A stretch of DNA of 64,000 bases from an uncultured Candidatus Entotheonella sp. (lineage in GTDB: Bacteria > Tectomicrobia > Entotheonellia > Entotheonellales > Entotheonellaceae): assembly GCA_965215335.1 (NCBI GenBank), contig CBDCDA010000002.1:1-64000 (forward strand). Direction: 5' to 3'. This document shows, in pieces, positions 9,469 to 17,621 of this stretch (position 1 is the stretch's first letter; each line of letters begins with the position of its first letter). Position numbers and translations under genes: made by a program. The notes beneath the pieces were generated by a model. The model did no database searches, had not been told where the DNA came from, and saw only the letters and a list, made by a program, of their open reading frames with translations.

Positions 9469-10350
9469 CTATCCGGTCAGCAGGCGCAGGGCATGGCGGT
9501 ACTTCTCGGCGGTCTGCGCTACGACCTCGGCAGGCAGATCCGGCGCCGGCGGCGTTTTGTTCCAGCCGGTGCCGCTCAGGTAATCGCGCACGTATTGCTT
9601 GTCGAAACTCGGCTGCCCACGTCCCGCCTCGTATTGATCCAGGGGCCAGAAACGTGACGAATCCGGCGTCAGGATTTCGTCGATCAGGTACAACTCGTCG
9701 CCCATCAGGGCCAGCTCGAACTTGGTGTCGGCGATGATGATGCCGCGCTCCAGCGCGTAGGCCACTGCTTCCTGGTACACCCGAAGGCTCGTATCCCGAA
9801 TTCGCTCGGCCAAGCGGGCATCGCCCCTCAGCACCCCACACATCTCGTCAAACGAAATGTTGAGGTCGTGCTCCCCCTCCGGCGCCTTTGTCGAGGGCGT
9901 GAAAATCGGCTCCGGGAAACGTTCCGACTCGCGCAGCCCGGCCGGCAGCGGCAGGCCGCACACCGTGCCCTGCCGTTTGTATTCGGACCACGCCGACCCG
10001 GTGATATAACCGCGCACGATGGCCTCCACCGGCAGCGGTTGCATGCGGCGCACCACCACGGCGCGGTCGCCCACCTGCGCCACCTCCTCGGCGCTCAGTA
10101 CCTCCTCCACCCGCCGGTCACTCAGATGATTGGGCACGACGGACGCGGTGCGCGCAAACCAGAAATTCGACATGCGGGTCAGGATGCCGCCCTTGTCGGG
10201 AATGGGCGTCGGCAGGACGACGTCAAACGCCGACAATCGGTCGGACGCCACGATCAGCAGATGAGCGTCATCGACCGCGTAAATATCACGCACCTTGCCT
10301 TGGCGCAAACGCTTCAGGGAGCGCAGGTCAGACTCGAAAAGCGTATCCAT
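9469..10350 (-). CDS. purC: SAICAR synthetase
   Basis: GKVRDIY, SDRLSAFD, IFTPSTKA, IIADTKFE, DEILTPDSSRFW, SFDKQYVRD. Confidence 0.96.
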   Translation of the reverse strand: MDTLFESDLRSLKRLRQGKVRDIYAVDDAHLLIVASDRLSAFDVVLPTPIPDKGGILTRMSNFWFARTASVVPNHLSDRRVEEVLSAEEVAQVGDRAVVVRRMQPLPVEAIVRGYITGSAWSEYKRQGTVCGLPLPAGLRESERFPEPIFTPSTKAPEGEHDLNISFDEMCGVLRGDARLAERIRDTSLRVYQEAVAYALERGIIIADTKFELALMGDELYLIDEILTPDSSRFWPLDQYEAGRGQPSFDKQYVRDYLSGTGWNKTPPAPDLPAEVVAQTAEKYRHALRLLTG

Positions 10351-10384
10351 CTCTCGTTCAACTCCTTTGCCAATGCCGAGCGCC

Positions 10385-11497
10385 TCAGGCCGTCGGCGAC
10401 GCGCCGGCAAGCATGGCGGGCTCGCTCAGGGGCGTGGTCGCCCACGATTTCAGCTCCGGCAGGACGTGCCGGACAAAGCACTGCAGGCTGCGCTCGGCCT
10501 CGTCGTACGGCATGCCGGCAAAACCAAAGTGACACATGATGCCCTGCATGTCGATCTTGTCGCGGATGAGCGCCAGTTTTTCCAGTACCTGCTGCGGCGT
10601 ACCCCAGGGCATCAGCCTGGTGAAGTCGCGCGCCGCGCCATCCATGCCGTGGCGCCCGATGTGGCGGCTGACGTTGCGGTAGAACCCGTAGCCCTTGTGC
10701 GTTCCGAAGTGCTGGGCGGTCATTTCATAATGCCGCATGACGGTATGGTAATAGCCGCCGATGTACTTGTGAGCCAGATCCTCGGCGCGGTCGGCGTTCT
10801 CATCGACGAAGAAGAACCCGCCGCAGAAGGGTTGCGGCGGCTCGCTGCCGTTCACCTCACGGTAAACCTGCGTGTAGACGGCGAAATCCTTTTCGACGAC
10901 GTCCCACGGCTTTTGCGGGATCACCAGCAAGCCGACGCCGAGGCGCGCCATGATAGGCATCGACTCGGGCGACACCGCGGCCGCGTAGGTGCGGCCGCGG
11001 AAGGAGCGCATCGGGTACGGCCGCAGGTCACGGCGCGGCTGCTGCAGCGTTTCGCCACCTTCTACGTAACCCTGTTCCAACCCCCGCAGCACCAGTTCGG
11101 CGTATTCGACGAAGCGCTGCCGGCCCTCGTTCTGATCAATCCGAAACCCTTCATACTCCACGCGCGCCAAGCCGCGGCCAAGGCCCAGGATGACGCGCCC
11201 GCCCGACAGGTGATCGAGCAGCACGATCTGCTCGGCTACCCGCACCGGGTCGTGCCACGGCAGCACCACGACCATCGAGCCCAGCTTGACGCGCTGCGTC
11301 TTGCCCGCCATGTAGGAGAGAAACTGCAGCACGTCCGGGCACATGGTGTAATCGGTGAAATGGTGCTCCACCGACCACACCGAGTCGAACCCGAGGGGCT
11401 CGGCCAGCTCGGCGAGCCGCAGTTCCTGGGCATAGACCTCGGCGTCCGAAAGGGCGTTGCCGGGATTCTGAAAAAGTGGTGCGTAACCCACGTGCAT
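10385..11497 (-). CDS. LLM-class (luciferase-like) flavin-dependent oxidoreductase
   Basis: AEPLGFDSVWSVEHHF, LPWHDPVRVAEQ, LDHLSGGRVILGLGRG; RBS GAGGAGG. Confidence 0.92.
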   Translation of the reverse strand: MHVGYAPLFQNPGNALSDAEVYAQELRLAELAEPLGFDSVWSVEHHFTDYTMCPDVLQFLSYMAGKTQRVKLGSMVVVLPWHDPVRVAEQIVLLDHLSGGRVILGLGRGLARVEYEGFRIDQNEGRQRFVEYAELVLRGLEQGYVEGGETLQQPRRDLRPYPMRSFRGRTYAAAVSPESMPIMARLGVGLLVIPQKPWDVVEKDFAVYTQVYREVNGSEPPQPFCGGFFFVDENADRAEDLAHKYIGGYYHTVMRHYEMTAQHFGTHKGYGFYRNVSRHIGRHGMDGAARDFTRLMPWGTPQQVLEKLALIRDKIDMQGIMCHFGFAGMPYDEAERSLQCFVRHVLPELKSWATTPLSEPAMLAGASPTA

Positions 11498-11539
11498 GAC
11501 GTGCCTCCTCACTGGGGAGCGATGGCTGGGCGGTGGGGC

Positions 11540-12331
11540 CTAATAAGCTGGAATGGTGCCGGTTTTCACGCTTCCCTGCCGCATGACGGCGATTTCCTCG
11601 GCCGCCTTGGCCGCCATGAAGCGGCTTTCCGACGCGATGGTGACGAACTGAAAACCCGCCTCGATCATCTTGAGGGCGTATTGCGGCGTGTTGTTGTGCA
11701 GGCCGGCGATGACGCCGTGCTTCTTGCAGGTGGAGACGATGCGACGCAGCGCGTCGACCACCGCGGGCTCGTCCTGATCCAGGCGCGGCTTGTAGCCCAG
11801 AGCCAGGCTCAGGTCCGAGGGGCCGACGTAGACCGCGTCGATGCCGGGCACCTGCAGGATGGCGTCGAGGTTTTCGAGCGCTGCGGCGGTTTCGATCATC
11901 GGCATGACCAGCACGTCGTCATTGGCGTGATCGCCATAATCCGCCCCGGCGTAGATGGAGGCGCGCACCGGCCCCCAACTGCGATAGCCCTGCGGCGGGT
12001 ATTTGCACGCTTTCACCATGGCCTCGGCCTGTTCAGGGGTGCTGACCATCGGGCAGATGACGCCGTAGACGCCGGCATCGAGGATTTTCATCAGCAACGC
12101 CGGATCGTTCCACGTGACGCGCGCCAGGGGGATGGTGCTGGTGGTGGACACCGCCTGCAGCATGGTGACAGCGGTCTGGTAGTCGACGACGCCGTGCTGC
12201 ATGTCGACCGTCAGCGAATCGAACCCTTGGTGGGCCATGATCTCGGCGGAGAAAGCGCTGGGGATCGACAGCCAGCCGTTGACGACGGCATCGCCGCGCG
12301 ACCAGATCGCTTTCAGTGTATTCTCGCGCAT
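11540..12331 (-). CDS. HpcH/HpaI-family class II aldolase
   Basis: GFDSLTVDMQHG, KILDAG, YPPQGYRS, MIET, YVGPSDLSL. Confidence 0.92.
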   Translation of the reverse strand: MRENTLKAIWSRGDAVVNGWLSIPSAFSAEIMAHQGFDSLTVDMQHGVVDYQTAVTMLQAVSTTSTIPLARVTWNDPALLMKILDAGVYGVICPMVSTPEQAEAMVKACKYPPQGYRSWGPVRASIYAGADYGDHANDDVLVMPMIETAAALENLDAILQVPGIDAVYVGPSDLSLALGYKPRLDQDEPAVVDALRRIVSTCKKHGVIAGLHNNTPQYALKMIEAGFQFVTIASESRFMAAKAAEEIAVMRQGSVKTGTIPAY

Positions 12332-12419
12332 CGGTTCTCCTTCCAGCTAGCAAGCTTTGGATAAAGTCCCAGGGCGGCACGCTTGGCGGTTTGACGGGAG
12401 CGGCGGGAAAGCGTACAAG

Positions 12420-12452
12420 TGACGCGGCGGGCCAGCGGGTCCCGCCGCGTCA
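12420..12452. promoter_or_regulatory. Perfect 12-bp inverted repeat in the leader of the AOR gene
   Basis: TGACGCGGCGGG-9 nt-CCCGCCGCGTCA. Confidence 0.6.
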
Positions 12453-12485
12453 TCCGCTCACGTATTCCAGGGAGAATCATATACG

Positions 12486-14342
12486 ATGCGAACTTCAGTC
12501 ACCAGCGACCTCAAGCAGCTTGCGGATCATCGTTTTCGGCGCGTGCGCATTGATCTTGGAGAGGCGCGAATCGAGCAAGAGGAAATCCCCTGTGCGGATG
12601 TGGAGGACTTCCTCGGCGGCATCGGGCGCGCCTTCAAATCCCTGGCGGCGTACGACGTGAGCGATGCCTATTCCCCCGCGGCGGCGCTGATCATGAACCT
12701 CGGCATCTTCTCCGGTACGGAGGTCATGACCGGCCTGCGCGTGTTCTTTTCCGCCTACAGCCCGCTCAAGACGGCCAACAACGGCCAACCGCTCGCCATG
12801 TGGTCGACGGCGTCCGGCAAATTCGGCACCAAAATGCTGGCCGCCGGTGTGGACGAGGTGGTGTTTGTCGGGCGGGCGGCACGTCCGGTCTATCTGCTCA
12901 TCCGCAACAACGACGGCAACCTGAGCTTATCGCTGGAAGACGCCGGCGACCTCGTCGGACAGACGACACACGACAAGATCATGCAGCTTGCCGACCGTCA
13001 TGCAGATGCGCACGTGGCGGCGCTGGGACCGGCGGGTGAGAACTGGCAGTACAACGCCTATGCGGCGATCGCCTGCAGCACGGTCAATCAGCTGCAATCG
13101 CGGCAGTGCAAGCCGCGGTTCGCCGGGCGCGGCGGCATGGGCAGCGTCATGGGGTCCAAGAACCTGCTGGCCGTTGTCGCCCAGGCACCCGACCTGAAAC
13201 GTGGCAAGCTTCCCGCCGAGGTACTGGAAGCCAACAAGGAAATCAGCCGCGGCGAAGGATCGCGCAACTACCGCGACGCCAAGAAGGGCAACGGTGCCGG
13301 CGGCACTTGGCGCAACGTCGCCGGCCTGCACCCTCTGGGCGCCCTGCCGGAAACCAATTTCTGGCCGCAGGGCCACGACTCGCCGTCCAGCCTGTACCGC
13401 AACGCCATGGAGGAGCCGTACGTCATCAAGGACGAGTCGTGCTTCAAGTGCGGCATCGCCTGTCACAAGAACATCTATGACGTCGACGAGTCCGACGGAC
13501 GCCGCAAGGCCGGCAAGTTCTACGCCAAGTTCGATTATGAGCCGCTCGACCTGATGACCATCAACCTGGGCATTTACGATCAGCAACAGGCGCTGGACAT
13601 CGTCGAGCTGGTCGATCAGCTGGGCTTCGATTCGATCAGCCTCGGCGTGACGCTCGGCTATGCCATGGATTACAACCGCCAGCATCCCGAACAACCCGTT
13701 CTCGGCGGGCTAGGCTTCGGCGATTTCGACGCCGCCTGCGACGTCATTCGCAAGGCCGCGGCCGGCGCGTGCCCGGAGATCGGTCAGGGCGTCAAGCGCC
13801 TCTCAGAAGCCCTCGGCGAGACCGACTACGCCATGCACTGCAAGGGTCTGGAGTTGCCTGCCTACCTGCCGGAAACCAACCCCGGCTATCCGTTCGCCAT
13901 CGCCGGCGGGCATATGTCGATGCGCACCTTCCTGCTACTCGTTTTCGAGGGGCGCACGGAACTCGACTATTGGGTGGACGCCATTGTCAACAAGGGCATT
14001 TACTACACCCGCGACGACCTCCTGGGCCTGTGCAAATTCGCCGGCACCCCGGACGCTGTCATCGAGCCGTCCTTCCGCGGCCTGTTCGGCGTCGAGGTGA
14101 CCGCCGACGACCTCATGCACGCCACCCAGCGCACCTACCTGCGCGGCCTGCTTCTGGAACGCAAACAGGGCGCCACCTTGGATGACTACGTCCTTCCCGC
14201 ACGCTCCTACCGGCACAACCCACACGTCCAACTGCCCCACTTCGTGACGCCCGAGTTCATGCACGACCTGCGCCAGCAGGTATTCGAAGCCTTCGACGAG
14301 CAGATCGCCGAATACGGTTTGGCCGCCGTAGACGGCGGGTAA
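12486..14342 (+). CDS. Aldehyde:ferredoxin oxidoreductase (AOR/WOR tungstopterin family)
   Basis: SPLK, ALGPAGEN, FAGRGGMGSVMGSKNL, CFKCGIAC plus distal GLCKF [4Fe-4S] ligands, DYEP, KGLELPAY. Confidence 0.9.
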   Translation: MRTSVTSDLKQLADHRFRRVRIDLGEARIEQEEIPCADVEDFLGGIGRAFKSLAAYDVSDAYSPAAALIMNLGIFSGTEVMTGLRVFFSAYSPLKTANNGQPLAMWSTASGKFGTKMLAAGVDEVVFVGRAARPVYLLIRNNDGNLSLSLEDAGDLVGQTTHDKIMQLADRHADAHVAALGPAGENWQYNAYAAIACSTVNQLQSRQCKPRFAGRGGMGSVMGSKNLLAVVAQAPDLKRGKLPAEVLEANKEISRGEGSRNYRDAKKGNGAGGTWRNVAGLHPLGALPETNFWPQGHDSPSSLYRNAMEEPYVIKDESCFKCGIACHKNIYDVDESDGRRKAGKFYAKFDYEPLDLMTINLGIYDQQQALDIVELVDQLGFDSISLGVTLGYAMDYNRQHPEQPVLGGLGFGDFDAACDVIRKAAAGACPEIGQGVKRLSEALGETDYAMHCKGLELPAYLPETNPGYPFAIAGGHMSMRTFLLLVFEGRTELDYWVDAIVNKGIYYTRDDLLGLCKFAGTPDAVIEPSFRGLFGVEVTADDLMHATQRTYLRGLLLERKQGATLDDYVLPARSYRHNPHVQLPHFVTPEFMHDLRQQVFEAFDEQIAEYGLAAVDGG

Positions 14343-14395
14343 GGCGATCTGAGCGATTCGCCCGGATGCAGATGGGTTCGATCTCGGGAAGGGTC

Positions 14396-14724
14396 ATGCG
14401 AATGATCCCGTTACGCTTGTTGCTGTGCTTCCTCGCGTTGGCCTTGCTGTTTTCGGCATGCCATGACGAACCGGGGCCACGGCTGAGGGTCGCTGCATGG
14501 AACCTGGAACATCTGGACGATTCAGGCGCGCAAGGCTGTGTGCCGCGAGGACAGGCCGATACGATGCCATCGCGACGCAGGTGAAGGAACTCGCCTCGGA
14601 CATCGTCGTGCTTCAAGTAGTGAAAAACCAAGCGGCGGCGCACCGGGTCTTCCTCCAGCTCGGACTGGCGCCTAGAAATGTCCCGCCGTTTCGACGAATT
14701 TCCAGTTGTAGGTGTGGGGCTTGA
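14396..14724 (+). pseudogene. Exported endonuclease/exonuclease/phosphatase family gene, frameshifted and truncated
   Basis: Lipoprotein-like signal, LRVAAWNLEHL...GCVPR, then a frameshift near 14560 to YDAIATQVKELASDIVVLQVV (normally QEV); rest of the domain missing. Confidence 0.7.
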
Positions 14725-14824
14725 AGCACCCATCAAGAGTGTCTATCATCACCGGAGTCCATATCACGACAGAAGGAACAGGCATCAGGGGGCATCTGGC
14801 CGGGTCGCATCGGGAAAGAGTACG

Positions 14825-15853
14825 ATGAGCAACCACAACCACAAGCCGAACGGGGTTAATATCAGTGGCCGGCTGCGGGTTCTTGTGACGGCGGCCGTTT
14901 GCATGACGATGCTCCTGAGCCAGCTGGCGGGCTGGGCGCAGGAGGCGCAGACGCTGGACGGCATCGCGGCGGTGGTGAACGACGAAATCATCACCATTGG
15001 CGAGGTGCGGGAAGCGATGGCCTTCGAGGTCGCGCAACTGGCCCAGAGCTATCGCGGCGAGCGGTTACGGGAGCAGATCTCCGCCATTTACAAGCAGACG
15101 CTGGACAATCTCACGGACATCCAATTGCAGCTTGTCCGGGCGCGGCAGTTGCAAATGAGCGTCAGCGAAGATGACATCGACCGGCAAGTCGATGCGCTGA
15201 AGCAACAGAATCAGATTTCCGACGACCAACTGGTGCAGATGTTGAAAAGCCGCGGCATGACTTTGGAGAGCTATCGACAACAAATTCGCGAGGGGCTGCT
15301 GGTCACCAAGGTCGTCAACGCCGAGGTGCGGTCGCGCCTCATTATCCTCGATAGCGAGTTGCAGGAAGCCTACGAGGCGCGCCAGGATAGCTACCGGATT
15401 CCCGGCACCCAGACGGTGAGCCACATCCTGTTCCTGTTGCCGGAGCGCGCTTCGGACGACGACGTGGCGCAGCGGCGAGTCGATGCCGAGCGCGTGTTGC
15501 AGGAAATCCGCGGTGGCGGCGATTTTGCCGCTCTGGCGCGTCAGCACTCGGAAGGGCCATCGGCGGAACGCGGCGGCTTGTTAGGCACGTTCCAGGCCGA
15601 CGAACTGCTGTCGGGGTTCGACGAGGCAACAACTGACCTGCGGCCCGGCGAGGTCAGCGACGTGACACGCACCCGGGTGGGCCTGCACCTCATTCGACTC
15701 GAAGACCGCCAGGCGGACAGCTTCAGGACTTTCGACGACGTCAGAGAGGACCTGCAGAACGAGTTGCTGCGCGAGAAGACCGAGGCCAAATACCAGGAAT
15801 GGCTTGAGGCCCTGCGGCTACAGGCGTACGTCAAGATCCTGTACGAGGATTAA
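14825..15853 (+). CDS. surA: SurA-like periplasmic chaperone / parvulin PPIase
   Basis: Signal peptide, DGIAAVVNDEIIT, SHIL, FAALARQHSEGPSAERGGLLG, GLHLIRL; start approximate. Confidence 0.85.
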   Translation: MSNHNHKPNGVNISGRLRVLVTAAVCMTMLLSQLAGWAQEAQTLDGIAAVVNDEIITIGEVREAMAFEVAQLAQSYRGERLREQISAIYKQTLDNLTDIQLQLVRARQLQMSVSEDDIDRQVDALKQQNQISDDQLVQMLKSRGMTLESYRQQIREGLLVTKVVNAEVRSRLIILDSELQEAYEARQDSYRIPGTQTVSHILFLLPERASDDDVAQRRVDAERVLQEIRGGGDFAALARQHSEGPSAERGGLLGTFQADELLSGFDEATTDLRPGEVSDVTRTRVGLHLIRLEDRQADSFRTFDDVREDLQNELLREKTEAKYQEWLEALRLQAYVKILYED

Positions 15854-15861
15854 CGTTCCGT

Positions 15862-15883
15862 GCCCCTTGGGGGCTCTTTTTTT
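15862..15883 (+). terminator. Intrinsic terminator-like hairpin between surA and pyrR
   Basis: GCCCC-TTG-GGGGC followed by TC and T7. Confidence 0.55.
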
Positions 15884-15902
15884 CGCCCAACGCTGATGGA
15901 GG

Positions 15903-16475
15903 TTGCAGGTGGGGAGACGTGCCAGGCCTGCTGGCAAGAGGCAGATACTGGACGCCGTGCGCATCGAGCAGGCGCTGCGGCGCCTCAGCCGCGAGATCAG
16001 CACGCGCAACACGTCGGCGATGCGCCTCGTGCTCATGGGCATTCGCACCCGCGGCGTGCCGCTGGCCAGGCGGTTGGGCGCCCTCATCAAAGGAGACACC
16101 GGAACGGCCATACCCGTCGGTACCATCGACATCACGCTCTACCGTGACGATCTCAAGGCCCAGCAAGGCCGACCGGTGCAGGCGACGCACATTCCCTGCC
16201 CGCTCGACGTGCGCAACGTGGTGCTGGTGGATGACGTGCTGTACACCGGGCGCACCATTCGGGCAGCCATGGACGCGCTCACCGATTTCGGGCGTCCGTT
16301 ATCCGTCCAACTGGCGGTGCTGGTTGACCGCGGCCACCGCGAGCTCCCCATTCAGGCCGATTACATCGGCACCATCCTGGAAACCGCGCACGATGAGCAG
16401 GTGCGCGTGCAGGTAAGCGAGGTCGACGGCCAGGACGCCGTCACCCTTCTCGAACCGGCCCCGCAGGAGGCTTGA
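15903..16475 (+). CDS. pyrR: Pyrimidine attenuation protein / uracil phosphoribosyltransferase
   Basis: GIRTRG, DITLYRDD, VLVDDVLYTGRTIRAAMDAL, LVDRGHRELPIQADY. Confidence 0.95.
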   Translation: MQVGRRARPAGKRQILDAVRIEQALRRLSREISTRNTSAMRLVLMGIRTRGVPLARRLGALIKGDTGTAIPVGTIDITLYRDDLKAQQGRPVQATHIPCPLDVRNVVLVDDVLYTGRTIRAAMDALTDFGRPLSVQLAVLVDRGHRELPIQADYIGTILETAHDEQVRVQVSEVDGQDAVTLLEPAPQEA

Positions 16476-16521
16476 TGCAACTGCTCAGGAATCCCCATGG
16501 CCTTGCAGACCACCCAAGAGT

Positions 16522-16673
16522 CATGAACATAGGTCCTCAGACCGTCACCCCCGCGAAAGCGGGAGTCCAGGTTTTCGGGGCCAAGAGCCTGTCCCGTATT
16601 CTGTCCGGGGTCGCTGGATTTCGGGTCAAGCCCGGAATGACGCTTTGGGGGCGTCGGACAAGCTATTTTCATG
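16522..16673. repeat. CGTC-tagged REP-like palindrome pair (16543-16642) within short imperfect inverted repeats; MITE-like
   Basis: CGTCACCCCCGCGAAAGCGGGAGTCCAG...CTGGATTTCGGGTCAAGCCCGGAATGACG; outer CATGAACATAG / CTATTTTCATG pair at 10/11. Confidence 0.75.
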
Positions 16674-16689
16674 GTAAAGACGCAGTGCC

Positions 16690-17619
16690 ATGAGTCCGAT
16701 CAGCTTCCGTGGCCGCGATCTCCTGGACGTTGAAACCCTCTCCGCCGAGGACATTCAACACATTCTGGACGCCGTCCCCTCCTTCAAGGAAGTTTCCGAG
16801 CGTGCTATCAAGAAAGTCCCGACCCTGCGCGGCAAAACGATCATCAATCTGTTCTTCGAGCCCAGCACGCGGACGCGCACCTCGTTTGAAATCGCCGGCA
16901 AACGCCTTAGCGCCGACGTGGTGAATATCTCCGTGGCGACCAGCAGTGTCAGTAAGGGCGAAAGCCTGCGCGATACGGCCGACAACCTTGCGGCGATGCA
17001 GGCCGACGTGCTGATCGTGCGCCATCACGTCGCCGGGGTGCCGCATTTCCTGGCACGTTCTGTGTCACAGCCGATCATCAATGCCGGCGACGGCGCCCAC
17101 GAGCATCCCACCCAGGCGCTGCTGGACGTCTTCACGCTGCAGGAAAGGCTGGGTTCCCTGGAGGGTAGAAGTGCCCTGATCGTCGGCGACATCGCCAGCA
17201 GCCGCGTGGCGCGCTCGAACGTGCTGGCGATGCGGAAACTCGGCATGCAGGTCTGCGTCTGCGGCCCACCCACCATGCTGCCGATGGGTCTCGATCAACT
17301 CGGCGTCGAGTCCACCAGCGACTTCGACGCGGCCATCGAGTCCACCGACGCCGTGATGATGCTGCGCATGCAGCGCGAGCGTCACAAGGACGTGCTGTTT
17401 CCGTCGCTGGCGGAATACGCCGAGCGCTACTGCCTCACCGCCGAGCGCCTGCGGCGCGCCAAGGAGGACGTGGTGGTGATGCACCCCGGCCCCATCAACC
17501 GGGGCGTGGAGATTGCCCCTGAGGTGGCGGACGGCCTGGCGTCGGTGATTCTGCAGCAAGTCACGAACGGCGTGGCAGTGCGCATGGCCCTGCTGTACCT
17601 GATCCTGGGAGGCGGCTAG
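16690..17619 (+). CDS. pyrB: Aspartate carbamoyltransferase catalytic subunit
   Basis: FFEPSTRTRTSF, SKGESL, NAGDGAHEHPTQALLD, MHPGPINRG. Confidence 0.97.
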   Translation: MSPISFRGRDLLDVETLSAEDIQHILDAVPSFKEVSERAIKKVPTLRGKTIINLFFEPSTRTRTSFEIAGKRLSADVVNISVATSSVSKGESLRDTADNLAAMQADVLIVRHHVAGVPHFLARSVSQPIINAGDGAHEHPTQALLDVFTLQERLGSLEGRSALIVGDIASSRVARSNVLAMRKLGMQVCVCGPPTMLPMGLDQLGVESTSDFDAAIESTDAVMMLRMQRERHKDVLFPSLAEYAERYCLTAERLRRAKEDVVVMHPGPINRGVEIAPEVADGLASVILQQVTNGVAVRMALLYLILGGG

Positions 17620-17621
17620 TA

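Noticed and set aside
10295..12364. 689-aa plus-strand ORF
   Set aside because: Antisense shadow of the LLM and HpcH genes; long stop-free shadows are expected in high-GC DNA and it has no motifs
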